35,160 nt of DNA from Deinococcales bacterium. GTDB taxonomy: Bacteria > Deinococcota > Deinococci > Deinococcales > JAAFIG01. Location: positions 1 through 35,160 of the forward strand of contig JANNVX010000056.1 of NCBI GenBank assembly GCA_031414595.1, in the 5' to 3' direction. A program made the position numbers and the translations under genes. This document shows positions 4,911 through 13,283 of this stretch, piece by piece. The notes under the pieces were generated by a model, which did not search any database, was not told the origin of the DNA, and saw nothing but the letters and a program-made list of their open reading frames with translations. Position 1 is the first letter of the stretch. Every line of letters starts with the position of its first letter.

Positions 4911-4986
4911 TGGGTTCATCGTCGGGAATCGCACCCGAGTTTCTAGGGTCACAACCTAGCGTCTTGTCTATTGGACGACAACGAAC
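4911..4986 (-). tRNA. tRNA-His(GTG), first gene of the array
   Basis: G-1:C73 pair, CTAGG-TTGTGAC-CCTAG anticodon arm, GTGC-type T loop, CCA. Confidence 0.88.
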
Positions 4987-5012
4987 ACAGTTTTTGGTTT
5001 GTTGCGGGGTAC

Positions 5013-5049
5013 AAAAAATTTGAGCCTATCCATTGCGGGTAGGCTCAAA
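5013..5049 (-). terminator. Intrinsic terminator/attenuator upstream of the tRNA array
   Basis: TTTGAGCCTACCC-GCAAT-GGATAGGCTCAAA followed by TTTTTT on the minus strand. Confidence 0.75.
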
Positions 5050-5068
5050 AGAGTTTGCCTGTTCCGCC

Positions 5069-5215
5069 TTACCTGATTTGATTTTCCAAAATACTCGAGA
5101 ATCTACGACCTTGCCATGTCCCTAAACCTAAATCTGAATTATGTTTCAGATTGGCACAATCGCTTGCCCGCATCGGGCGTGGTGCGTATTGTTTTGTGGG
5201 GTGAGTAAAGTTCAT
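5069..5215 (-). CDS. Putative 48-aa leader peptide (MNFTHPTKQYAPRPMRASDCANLKHNSDLGLGTWQGRRFSSILENQIR)
   Basis: Not in the ORF track; translated by hand. GGAGA RBS before ATG; stop ~20 nt before the terminator hairpin. Confidence 0.55.
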   Translation of the reverse strand: MNFTHPTKQYAPRPMRASDCANLKHNSDLGLGTWQGRRFSSILENQIR

Positions 5216-5273
5216 ATATTTCTCCGTTTGAGGTTTCTAGTCTCGAGGGTGAGGTGTTGTTTCCTCGAGCAGC

Positions 5274-5303
5274 ATAGTACCTACTGCATTCAAGTCTTGT
5301 CAT
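5274..5303 (-). promoter_or_regulatory. Putative sigma70 promoter of the leader/tRNA array
   Basis: ATGACA-18 nt-TACTAT on the minus strand, ~60 nt upstream of the leader ATG. Confidence 0.4.
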
Positions 5304-5510
5304 GCGTAGATGTGCTTAGTGTGGTACTAAGCCATTTGACGCGTGAGGGCTGCTCCCAAAAACCAATCCACCTGTCTATTTTGACATCTCCCATGCCTAT
5401 CTTGACCTCACAGCAGCACCTGTCTTGACCACATACGCGCACCTATCGGGCGTGGTCGCTTCGGGCTTGGGTCGCTAAAAGCAGAGAATTTCGGTCTTTC
5501 TCACCGAAAC

Positions 5511-5539
5511 AAAAAGACGAAGCCTAAGCCTCGTCTTTT
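5511..5539 (-). terminator. Terminator after rplA
   Basis: AAAAGACGA...TCGTCTTTT inverted repeat with a T-tract, 18 nt past the rplA stop. Confidence 0.7.
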
Positions 5540-5556
5540 ACTATCTATTTTAAATT

Positions 5557-6246
5557 TTAGCGCAAGCCAGCCGTGGTCACTTTGACACTTGGTCCCATCG
5601 TGGTGGTCAAGTACAAACTCTTGACAAACACGCCTTTGGCTGCGCCAGGCTTGGCTGCCTCGAGTGCCACTTGAAAAGCCTTGAGGTTTTCCTCGAGCTT
5701 TGCCGCGTCAAACGATGCCTTACCAATTGGAGCGTGAACCACACCAGTCTTGTCGTTGCGGAATTCGATTTGACCGGCTTTGAGGCTTTTGACCAAATCG
5801 CCAATGTTCAAGCCAACTGTGCCGCTTTTTGGGTTTGGCAACAAACCACGAGGTCCAAGAATACGACCCAGTTTAGAACCAATGGCTGCCATCATGTCTG
5901 GGGTAGCAACCACCGCATCAAAGTCCAACCAACCATCAGCAATTTTAGCGATTAACTCGTCGCCGCCCACAAAATCTGCGCCAGCGCCTTCGGCGGCTGG
6001 AATACCATCGCCTTTGGTCAATGCCAGAACACGAACAGTGCGACCCGTACCATGTGGTAGGGCAACCGTGCCACGCACATTCTGGTCGGACTTACGTGGG
6101 TCAATACCCAAGCGGGCATGGACTTCAACGGTTTCGTCAAACTTGGCACTGGCAAGGGTTTTAACAAGGGTAGTGGCTTCGGTAGCATCGTAGTTTTTGC
6201 TCGAGTCCACTTTGGCGGTCAATAATTTATAACGCTTGCCGCTCAT
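5557..6246 (-). CDS. rplA: 50S ribosomal protein L1 (true start MSGKRY at 6246)
   Basis: [36 protein letters not shown] and TTMGP motifs; ATGA overlap with the rplK stop. Confidence 0.98.
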   Translation of the reverse strand: MSGKRYKLLTAKVDSSKNYDATEATTLVKTLASAKFDETVEVHARLGIDPRKSDQNVRGTVALPHGTGRTVRVLALTKGDGIPAAEGAGADFVGGDELIAKIADGWLDFDAVVATPDMMAAIGSKLGRILGPRGLLPNPKSGTVGLNIGDLVKSLKAGQIEFRNDKTGVVHAPIGKASFDAAKLEENLKAFQVALEAAKPGAAKGVFVKSLYLTTTMGPSVKVTTAGLR

Positions 6247-6677
6247 AATGGTCTCCCTTCGATGGTCACGCCCATGCTGCGGGCAGTACCTGCCACGGTT
6301 TCGGCGGCTGCCTCGACACTGGCGGCGGTTAAATCTGGCATTTTGGTCTTGGCAATCTCGAGAACTTGCGCCCATTGGAGTTTACCGACCTTATTTTTGT
6401 TTGGAGCGCCAGAACCTTTAGCAATACCCGAGGCTTTACGAATCAGGTAGCTCATCGGTGGGGTTTTATAAACAAGGGTGAAGCTGCGGTCGGCGTAAAT
6501 CGTGATTTCTACGGGGATAATCGCGTCGCCTTGGTTGGCGGTAGCCGCATTAAAATCCTTGCAGAACTGCATGATGTTTGCACCATGTTGACCGAGTGCC
6601 GGACCGACGGGCGGGGCGGGAGTCGCCTTGCCTGCTGGAAGCTGTAGCTTCACAAAACCAGTAACTTTCTTTGCCAT
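6243..6677 (-). CDS. rplK: 50S ribosomal protein L11
   Basis: [23 protein letters not shown]...FCKDFNA...GTARSMG. Confidence 0.98.
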   Translation of the reverse strand: MAKKVTGFVKLQLPAGKATPAPPVGPALGQHGANIMQFCKDFNAATANQGDAIIPVEITIYADRSFTLVYKTPPMSYLIRKASGIAKGSGAPNKNKVGKLQWAQVLEIAKTKMPDLTAASVEAAAETVAGTARSMGVTIEGRPL

Positions 6678-6790
6678 GTTGTCCTCCTTCGCTCCCCGCT
6701 ACTCGAGTAAAACGCTCGAGGATGGGTGCTTAACGCGAAGTGTTACTCGAGAACCTAGTTTCTAGGAACTCGTTTGATACTAAAAATTGT

Positions 6791-7387
6791 TTAACTTCTC
6801 GAGACCTGAGCAAATTCAAGTTCGACGGGTGTTTCACGCCCAAAGATATTGACCAAGACTTTAAGTTTGCTGCGCTCTAAGTTCACTTCCGAAACCACAC
6901 CCGTAAAATCAGAGAATGGACCAGCGACCACTTTGACCTGATCGCCTTCTTTGAAACTGGCTTTGACGGCTGTTTTCTTGACTTTGACTTGTTCAATAAT
7001 GCCAACTTGCTTGAGGAGGTTATTGACTTCATCTATGGTTAATGGAAACAAATCGGTTGGACGTTGCGGGTTTTTTGTACCGACAAAACCAGTCACACCA
7101 GCCGTGCCACGCACTGTTTCCCAAGCCTCATTGAGCTTATCGGGTTCGTCTTGGTCTACCACATCCATTTGCACAAAAACATACCCCTGATAAGTCTTTT
7201 TGCGCTCGACCAGCTTTTTGCCGTCCTTGCCAACTTTGCCTGCTTCGGTGCTTTCTTCAGTCGGAATTAAGACTTGAAAAATCTTTGTACCGAACATCCC
7301 CAAAGCCCTGGCGCGTTGCTCAACATTGGTAGAGACCTTGTCTTCTTGTCCAACATAGGTATGAACCGAGTACCACTCAATTGCCAT
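6791..7387 (-). CDS. nusG: Transcription termination/antitermination factor NusG
   Basis: [12 protein letters not shown] terminus; [11 protein letters not shown]...[15 protein letters not shown]. Confidence 0.97.
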   Translation of the reverse strand: MAIEWYSVHTYVGQEDKVSTNVEQRARALGMFGTKIFQVLIPTEESTEAGKVGKDGKKLVERKKTYQGYVFVQMDVVDQDEPDKLNEAWETVRGTAGVTGFVGTKNPQRPTDLFPLTIDEVNNLLKQVGIIEQVKVKKTAVKASFKEGDQVKVVAGPFSDFTGVVSEVNLERSKLKVLVNIFGRETPVELEFAQVSRS

Positions 7388-7390
7388 AAA

Positions 7391-7582
7391 TCAGCCCCCC
7401 GAGGCAAGACGGAACAAACCGTTGGTCAAGGCTGTGCGGAACAAGGTGTCCATTGCCCAGAACAAAATAGTCATAATCAACAAAAACAGCAGAACCGTCT
7501 GCGTGCCTTGCAGCACCTCTTCTCGAGTGGGCCAGGAAACGCGCTTAAGTTCCTCCCACGCTTCGCGGAAGTAATTGATCAT
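7391..7582 (-). CDS. secE: Preprotein translocase subunit SecE
   Basis: ELKRVSWPT motif plus one TM segment; synteny. Confidence 0.96.
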   Translation of the reverse strand: MINYFREAWEELKRVSWPTREEVLQGTQTVLLFLLIMTILFWAMDTLFRTALTNGLFRLASGG

Positions 7583-7584
7583 GA

Positions 7585-7752
7585 TTAGATCTTCTGTTCT
7601 TTGAAAGTAACGTGTTTACGAGCCACAGGGTCGTACTTTTTAAGCTCGAGTTTTGCCGTCGTGTTGCGACGATTTTTTTCTGAAGCATAAAAGTAACCAG
7701 TGCCAGCCGAGGACATCATTTTAATGATAATGCGTGGACCATCTTTTGCCAT
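7585..7752 (-). CDS. rpmG: 50S ribosomal protein L33, cysteine-free type
   Basis: Not in the ORF track; translates to [55 protein letters not shown] with an AAGGAG RBS. Confidence 0.97.
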   Translation of the reverse strand: MAKDGPRIIIKMMSSAGTGYFYASEKNRRNTTAKLELKKYDPVARKHVTFKEQKI

Positions 7753-7784
7753 AATAACTCCTTCCCTCCCCCGAGAAGAGCCAC

Positions 7785-7812
7785 TAGCTTCTAGCTATTA
7801 GCTTCTAGCTTT
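7785..7812. repeat. Heptamer tandem repeat (TAGCT[T/A]N x4)
   Basis: tagcttc tagctat tagcttc tagcttt; related arrays at 25013-25040 and 33448-33479. Confidence 0.55.
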
Positions 7813-7899
7813 TTTGGGGTGTGTTGGGCTTTTCCCAACTAACGGGCTTTGAGATTGTACTACATTACTTGGGTTTTGCACAGGGCAAATCTCACTCGA

Positions 7900-8126
7900 G
7901 GTGCGTCTCAAGATTGGGGGTTGCTAATAAATTAGCTCTCAGACAGCCTCCTAAAAGCAAATCGAATCATCATCTGCTCTTACGACCCTCTCCCAACTCG
8001 CTTAGGCTCGTTACCCTCTCCCGCGTGCGGGAGAGGGTCGTTGCGAGTTCACGAGCAACGGGGAGAGGGTGCTTGGAAGTCATGGGTTTTCATTCTGTGG
8101 CAAAACCCCCAATTCTGAGATGCACC
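7900..8126. mobile_element. MITE-like element with 23-bp terminal inverted repeats
   Basis: GGTGCGTCTCAAGATTGGGGGTT versus reverse complement of the right end GGTGCATCTCAGAATTGGGGGTT (20/23 identical); no transposase. Confidence 0.55.
7985..8070. repeat. REP-like multi-hairpin repeat (ACCCTCTCCC...GGGAGAGGGT family)
   Basis: Related copy at 16286-16347 sharing ACCCTC.CCCAACTCGCTT...GCTCGTTACCCTC...GCGGGAGAGGGT. Confidence 0.7.
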
Positions 8127-8155
8127 CTTTCACACGAGTTTACGCCGTGCAAATC

Positions 8156-8563
8156 TCACACGATAACCAGTTGAATTTCTAACCCAGTCTCGAGTTGCCA
8201 CGCCCGCATAATATTGTGTTTGGCATCCAGTATCAGCATTGGCACGTCCCATTTGGCTTCTAGGACATCAGTTCTCGAGGGTTTAGCAGGTCCGTTTGGG
8301 TGCGAGTGATAAAACGCCAGCAACTCGAGGTCTTGGGTACGGAGGTGTTTAAGGGCGTGTAAAACCCCTTCTGGGTCTGCCACAAATTCGGTTTGCGGAA
8401 TCGGGGCAATGTTTTGTAAAGGTAGTATTTGGCTGATTTCACGATCTTTTCCAATCAGCATTCCGACAATTTCCAATGGACGAGCAACCCTTGCTTGAGT
8501 CAAGAGTTGCAGATAAAGTTCGCGTAGGATGCGGATGCTTGCCATGTGATGCGTAAATTTCAC
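8156..8563 (-). CDS. JAB/Mov34/MPN+ (M67 family) metallopeptidase
   Basis: E...G.L.G and YHSHP....PS..D JAMM motif; the start may be at 8545 (MASIRI). Confidence 0.9.
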   Translation of the reverse strand: MKFTHHMASIRILRELYLQLLTQARVARPLEIVGMLIGKDREISQILPLQNIAPIPQTEFVADPEGVLHALKHLRTQDLELLAFYHSHPNGPAKPSRTDVLEAKWDVPMLILDAKHNIMRAWQLETGLEIQLVIV

Positions 8564-8601
8564 GTTATTATAACTTAGTTCTTGGTAAGCTACTCGGTAT
8601 C

Positions 8602-11600
8602 ATGAACTTTGCAGCACAACCCATGCAGTGGCAACAAGGCTCGAGTTTAGAGGCTTTGGAGTTGCTGCATCAGTTGACTTTAGCGCTCAGTGCCGAAGAT
8701 AACGTGACTGAGTTGCTAACGCGGATGCTCGAGGGAACATTGCGTTTTTGTGGTGGAACTTCGGCAGCCGTTTATGTCGGTTTAGCAGATGGTCGGCTGG
8801 AGATGCGCTACGGTGTCGGTCATTTGGTGACTCAAATTGGTCAGGTTTTTGAGGCGGGTGAAGGGGCGACTGGTTGGGTTTATCAGCATCAACAAGCCAT
8901 TTTGGTCAGTGACTATCAGGCTTCTAAATTTAAGAGTCACCGTTATGCCAATATGGATCGCTCGTTGATGGCTGCGCCGTTGCGTCAAGCGGGTCGGGGG
9001 TTTGGGGTCATCACCGTGATTTGGGAAAAACAAATTGGCGCATACCAAGTTGATCATCTCGAGTTACTTGAACGCTTTGCGGCTTTTGCCAGTGTTGCCT
9101 TAGAAAATGCGACTTTACGGGCGGCTCAAGAACGCCAAAACCGAGAAACCCAAGAACGGGCGGTGCGGCGCGACGAATTACAACATCACTTAGCTGATGT
9201 GATTGTGCGCTTAGAACCTTTTGAGGCACTGCAAGAATTGTTGCAGCGTTGTGGTCAAATGCTTGATGCGGCGGGCGGTTTGGCATTTTTGCGAAGCAAT
9301 ACTTCACCTTTAGAATTACTGGTGGATCAACACCAGAATAGTCTTTTTCATACTGGCAACGAACCTTTTTTACGTCTGGCTTTGCTGGGTAAACCGGTGG
9401 TGATTAACCAGTACGCGCTTTTTGCTGAGCGCATCCAAAGCCATGCCGATGCTGGAATAAAAGCCCTGCTGGCGGTGGCTTTACAACGCGGGCAAGACCG
9501 AGCCGGACTTATTTTTTTTGAACGCCGTCATGGGCTTCCTTTCACCCAAAATGACATTGACTTGGTGTTGCAAATTGCGCCTGTGCTGGGTGGTTTACTC
9601 GAGAATGCCCGTCTATACCTCGAAGCTCGAGCCGCTAAGACCGAAGCCGAACAACGGGCTGGTTTATTAGAAGCCATTTACCGGACGTACTTAGAACTGG
9701 GACATTCAAAGGATATTCGGGCTTTAGCACATGGCTTATTGCTTCGAGTCACTTCGGTGCTTGGGGCGGATGCTGGTGGTGTCTATTTACGAAATGGCGA
9801 AATGATTGAACTGATTGCCGATTATGGTGACCAGTTTTTGCCAGAGGCTCAGTTGGGTTATGGTGTTTCTGGTACGGTTGTGGTCACAGGGCAAGGTTTA
9901 CTGCTCGAGGATTATGCGACATCGGCTTATCATCATGAAACTGACCCTGGTGTCTTATGGCATTCGGTCATGAGTGTGCCACTGAGACAACAACAGCAAG
10001 TCATCGGGGCTTTGACTTTAGTGGATACCCGTTTTGCAGGGCGTTTTCGCTCGGACGACCTTGAAGCCTTGGAGCGCTTTGCGGCGATAGCAAGTTTGGC
10101 TTTTGAGAATGTCATACTGCTTGACGCAACAAAACAGTCAGAACAACATGCCAAAGCGCAAACTCAGCAATTGCAACTCCTGCATCAAGCCAGTTTAGCG
10201 GTTTCGCGTCATGCCCCTAAGCAGGAGTGGTTACACTCGATTCTGGTGCGGGCAGCCCAACTTTTAGGGGCAAATGATGGTTCGGTGTTTATGCTGCAAG
10301 AAAACGGTCGGATTGAAACGGCGGCGCAATTACGCCACGAGGCAAGCCTTGACCATGTTATAGACAAAGACCATGGTATTTCAGGGCAAGTGATTGACAC
10401 TGGTCTACCGCTTTTGGTGCAAAATTATCAACATTGGGAAGAAAAACCAGAACCCGAATTAGAACCATATTGGCAGTCGGCACTTGGTGTGCCACTCCAT
10501 ATGGGCGGTCTGGTGATTGGCGCTTTAACCTTGGCGCACACCAGTAATCCTAAACAATTTATTGAAGAAGACCTAGAAACCTTAGAACGTTTTGCAGCGA
10601 TGGCAAATGTGGCGCTGGAAAACACCGCCCTGCTCGAGACAGCCCAAATGTCGGCGGCTCAGAGCGAGTATCAAACCCGCTTACTCGAGGCGTTGTATCA
10701 AACCAACTTAGCTTTGGCAGGACAACTAGAACCCAGTGATTTGTTACAACAATTGGTGGATCGGGTGGTGCTGTTATTCAAAGCCGATTCGGGGGCGGTC
10801 TATTTAACCCAAGGACAGTCTTTTGAACGAGTGGCTTATTTTGGTAACAGCCCGAGTGTATCGGGTACATTGGGGCAAGGATTATCAGGCACGGTCATCA
10901 GCCAACAAAAAGAACGGATTGTTGATAATTACATGACTTGGGAAGGTCGGGATGTCGGACAAGACAACGAAGTGCTTCGTTGGAAAGCCGCCATGAGCGC
11001 TCCACTTTGGCGCGGCGATCAAGTGATTGGGGCATTGACGATAGCTGACACGCGCAGCAGCCATTTATTTACGCCCACCGACCTTGAAGCCTTAACCCGC
11101 TTTGCTGCTAGTGCCAGTGCCGCCTTAGAAAATTCAAGGTTGTTTGAGAGTCAGCGCCAAGCCGAACAACAGGCGCGTCTAGCCGAACAACAGGCTCAGG
11201 AACGTTCCGCCCAAATGGAAGCCCTGCACGAAATTAACTTAGAGTTGGGGCAGTACCATGATTTGGATTTACTCTTAGAGAGTATTCTCGAGCGAGCCGT
11301 GATGCTAATTGGTGGGGCGGCTGGTCGTTTGGATTTGCGGCAGCCCGATTCGGCATTCTTACGAGAAGCCGCGATTATTGGCAGTGAACCTTCACGATCC
11401 ATCGAATTAGGTAAAGGTGCAAGTGGCTTGGTTGCTCTAAACGGCAATTCTTTATTGATTGATGATTACCAAAAATGGAAATTTCGTTCGGTCAATCTAG
11501 CCAAAGCCTGGAAATCCGTGATTAGCGTGCCGTTAAATCGCGGAAAAGAAATCATTGGCGCACTCACCATTGCCGACGAAGTTCAAACAGCCAAATTCAG

Positions 11601-13245
11601 TCAAAATGACCTAGAAACTTTAGAGCGTTTTGCAGCCAGTGCCAGTTTAGCTTTAGAACGCGCCAAATTACTAGAAGACGCTCGGACAGCCGAATCAGAG
11701 GCATTAACTCGAGCCAGACAACTCGAGGCACTGCATCAGGTCTCTTTAGAAGTCAGTAAAAACCTTGAACCCGAAGCCCTGTTATTTAGTGTGCTTGAAC
11801 GAGCCGCCACTTTACTCGGGGCAAATGCAGGGGCGGTTTTTTTAATTGAACAAGATGAACTGGTTTTGGCGGCTGGCTTGGGCAGAGTTGCTATACCACG
11901 CATTGCCCTTGGTACAGGTTTAAGTGGGCGAGTTGCCCTAAACGGCGAACCCATTTTAATTGATGATTACCAAACTTGGGATGGTGCGATTTCGTCGAGC
12001 AGTTCAACTTGGCGCAGTGTTGCCAGTGTGCCTTTGCGTCAGCATAATCGTTTGATTGGGGCATTAACCTTGGCAGACACAACCCTATCTGGGCGCTTTA
12101 AGATTCATGACCTTGAAACCTTAGAACGCTTTGCTTCGCTGGCGGGTATTGCCCTCGAGAATGCACGGCTCTACATTCGTGAACGCAATAACTTACGCGA
12201 TGAAAAAATACGTGCCAGAATTACCCAAGAAGTAGCCCGTTTAAGAAGTGTTTCTGATTTGGTTAGGGCTGTTCTTGGGGTTCTCGAGGAGACACTGGGG
12301 TATCAGTACATCACACTGTACTTGTTAGATGGGCAAGTGCTGCGTTTACAAGGTCAGATTGGTGACACGACCCCGCATTTTGAAATGTCAATTCAAGAAG
12401 GTGTAACCGGACGGGTGGTACGCAATGGTCTTGCCGAATTGGTTTTGGATGGTCGAACCGACCCCGACTTTATTTTAGACTCACCAGACCGCACCTCAAT
12501 GATTTGTGTTCCTTTGCGTGGTTCACAGCATATTCTTGGTACATTAAACATCGAGTCAAGTTACCTACACCCCTTTAGTCAAACCGACCTCGAGATGCTT
12601 GATACCTTAAGTGTATCCATTACCACCGCCTTAGAAAACGCTTTGCTGCATGAACAAATTGAACGAAAGGCGAGTGAAATGGAATTCTTGCGCTTCCAAG
12701 CCGAACGCGCCGCTCGATTTGATACCCTAACCAATCTACGCAATCGCCGTGCCTTTGATGAGGACTTACAACGCACCTTAGAGCGCCAAGGCAACCTAGG
12801 TTTTAGCTTGGCGGCGGTTGATTTAACTGGTTTTAAGTTGGTCAATGATCGTTTTGGACATGCGGCTGGTGACCAAGCCTTGGCTCGAGTTGCCAAGGTC
12901 TTATCGAGCGCCCCAATACATCGAGGCAGGGCGCTGCATAAAACCTACCGCACGGGCGGTGACGAATTTATTCTAATCATTCCGCATGAGCAACCGCCAC
13001 TTGAACTCTTAATGCACATCACAAGGGGGGTCGAAAATTTAGATTTTCAAGATGGTTTACAAATTGGCTTAAATGTTGGTCTAGCCAATTATCCCCACGA
13101 AGCCAAAGACTTAGACCAATTGCAATCCTTAGCCGATAACCGCATGTACAAAGCCAAAACTGCTGGTAAGCCGTTCTTGATCGAAGATGAACTCGAAGCA
13201 CCGCCAATTCCACGCCGCCGTGCTTCTGATAAAAGCAATCAATAA
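8602..13245 (+). CDS. Diguanylate cyclase with eight tandem GAF domains
   Basis: Eight repeats ending in LERFAA.A..ALEN-like helices; DTLTNLRNRR, FKLVNDRFGHAAGD and YRTGGDEF. Confidence 0.92.
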   Translation: MNFAAQPMQWQQGSSLEALELLHQLTLALSAEDNVTELLTRMLEGTLRFCGGTSAAVYVGLADGRLEMRYGVGHLVTQIGQVFEAGEGATGWVYQHQQAILVSDYQASKFKSHRYANMDRSLMAAPLRQAGRGFGVITVIWEKQIGAYQVDHLELLERFAAFASVALENATLRAAQERQNRETQERAVRRDELQHHLADVIVRLEPFEALQELLQRCGQMLDAAGGLAFLRSNTSPLELLVDQHQNSLFHTGNEPFLRLALLGKPVVINQYALFAERIQSHADAGIKALLAVALQRGQDRAGLIFFERRHGLPFTQNDIDLVLQIAPVLGGLLENARLYLEARAAKTEAEQRAGLLEAIYRTYLELGHSKDIRALAHGLLLRVTSVLGADAGGVYLRNGEMIELIADYGDQFLPEAQLGYGVSGTVVVTGQGLLLEDYATSAYHHETDPGVLWHSVMSVPLRQQQQVIGALTLVDTRFAGRFRSDDLEALERFAAIASLAFENVILLDATKQSEQHAKAQTQQLQLLHQASLAVSRHAPKQEWLHSILVRAAQLLGANDGSVFMLQENGRIETAAQLRHEASLDHVIDKDHGISGQVIDTGLPLLVQNYQHWEEKPEPELEPYWQSALGVPLHMGGLVIGALTLAHTSNPKQFIEEDLETLERFAAMANVALENTALLETAQMSAAQSEYQTRLLEALYQTNLALAGQLEPSDLLQQLVDRVVLLFKADSGAVYLTQGQSFERVAYFGNSPSVSGTLGQGLSGTVISQQKERIVDNYMTWEGRDVGQDNEVLRWKAAMSAPLWRGDQVIGALTIADTRSSHLFTPTDLEALTRFAASASAALENSRLFESQRQAEQQARLAEQQAQERSAQMEALHEINLELGQYHDLDLLLESILERAVMLIGGAAGRLDLRQPDSAFLREAAIIGSEPSRSIELGKGASGLVALNGNSLLIDDYQKWKFRSVNLAKAWKSVISVPLNRGKEIIGALTIADEVQTAKFSQNDLETLERFAASASLALERAKLLEDARTAESEALTRARQLEALHQVSLEVSKNLEPEALLFSVLERAATLLGANAGAVFLIEQDELVLAAGLGRVAIPRIALGTGLSGRVALNGEPILIDDYQTWDGAISSSSSTWRSVASVPLRQHNRLIGALTLADTTLSGRFKIHDLETLERFASLAGIALENARLYIRERNNLRDEKIRARITQEVARLRSVSDLVRAVLGVLEETLGYQYITLYLLDGQVLRLQGQIGDTTPHFEMSIQEGVTGRVVRNGLAELVLDGRTDPDFILDSPDRTSMICVPLRGSQHILGTLNIESSYLHPFSQTDLEMLDTLSVSITTALENALLHEQIERKASEMEFLRFQAERAARFDTLTNLRNRRAFDEDLQRTLERQGNLGFSLAAVDLTGFKLVNDRFGHAAGDQALARVAKVLSSAPIHRGRALHKTYRTGGDEFILIIPHEQPPLELLMHITRGVENLDFQDGLQIGLNVGLANYPHEAKDLDQLQSLADNRMYKAKTAGKPFLIEDELEAPPIPRRRASDKSNQ

Positions 13246-13283
13246 GCCCTGCTATTGCAACTTGAGACTGCCTACACTACCTT

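Noticed and set aside
144-4986. CRISPR array or prophage interpretation of the repetitive region
   Set aside because: The recurring motifs are tRNA T arms and CCA ends, not constant repeats with spacers. No cas, integrase or virion genes are in the window.
51-5428. Many ORF-track entries overlapping the array (e.g. 1141-1800, 1280-1549, 1957-2277, 2689-3009, 4453-4827, 4607-5023, 5141-5428)
   Set aside because: They run through clear tRNA or structured RNA genes and show no protein motifs or RBS; they are shadow ORFs.
6247-6375. N-terminal extension of L1 in the ORF track (272 aa)
   Set aside because: It overlaps rplK. ATG 6246 has a GGGAG RBS and gives a normal-length L1. Similar over-extensions were trimmed for iolD, iolE, iolB and the lipoprotein.
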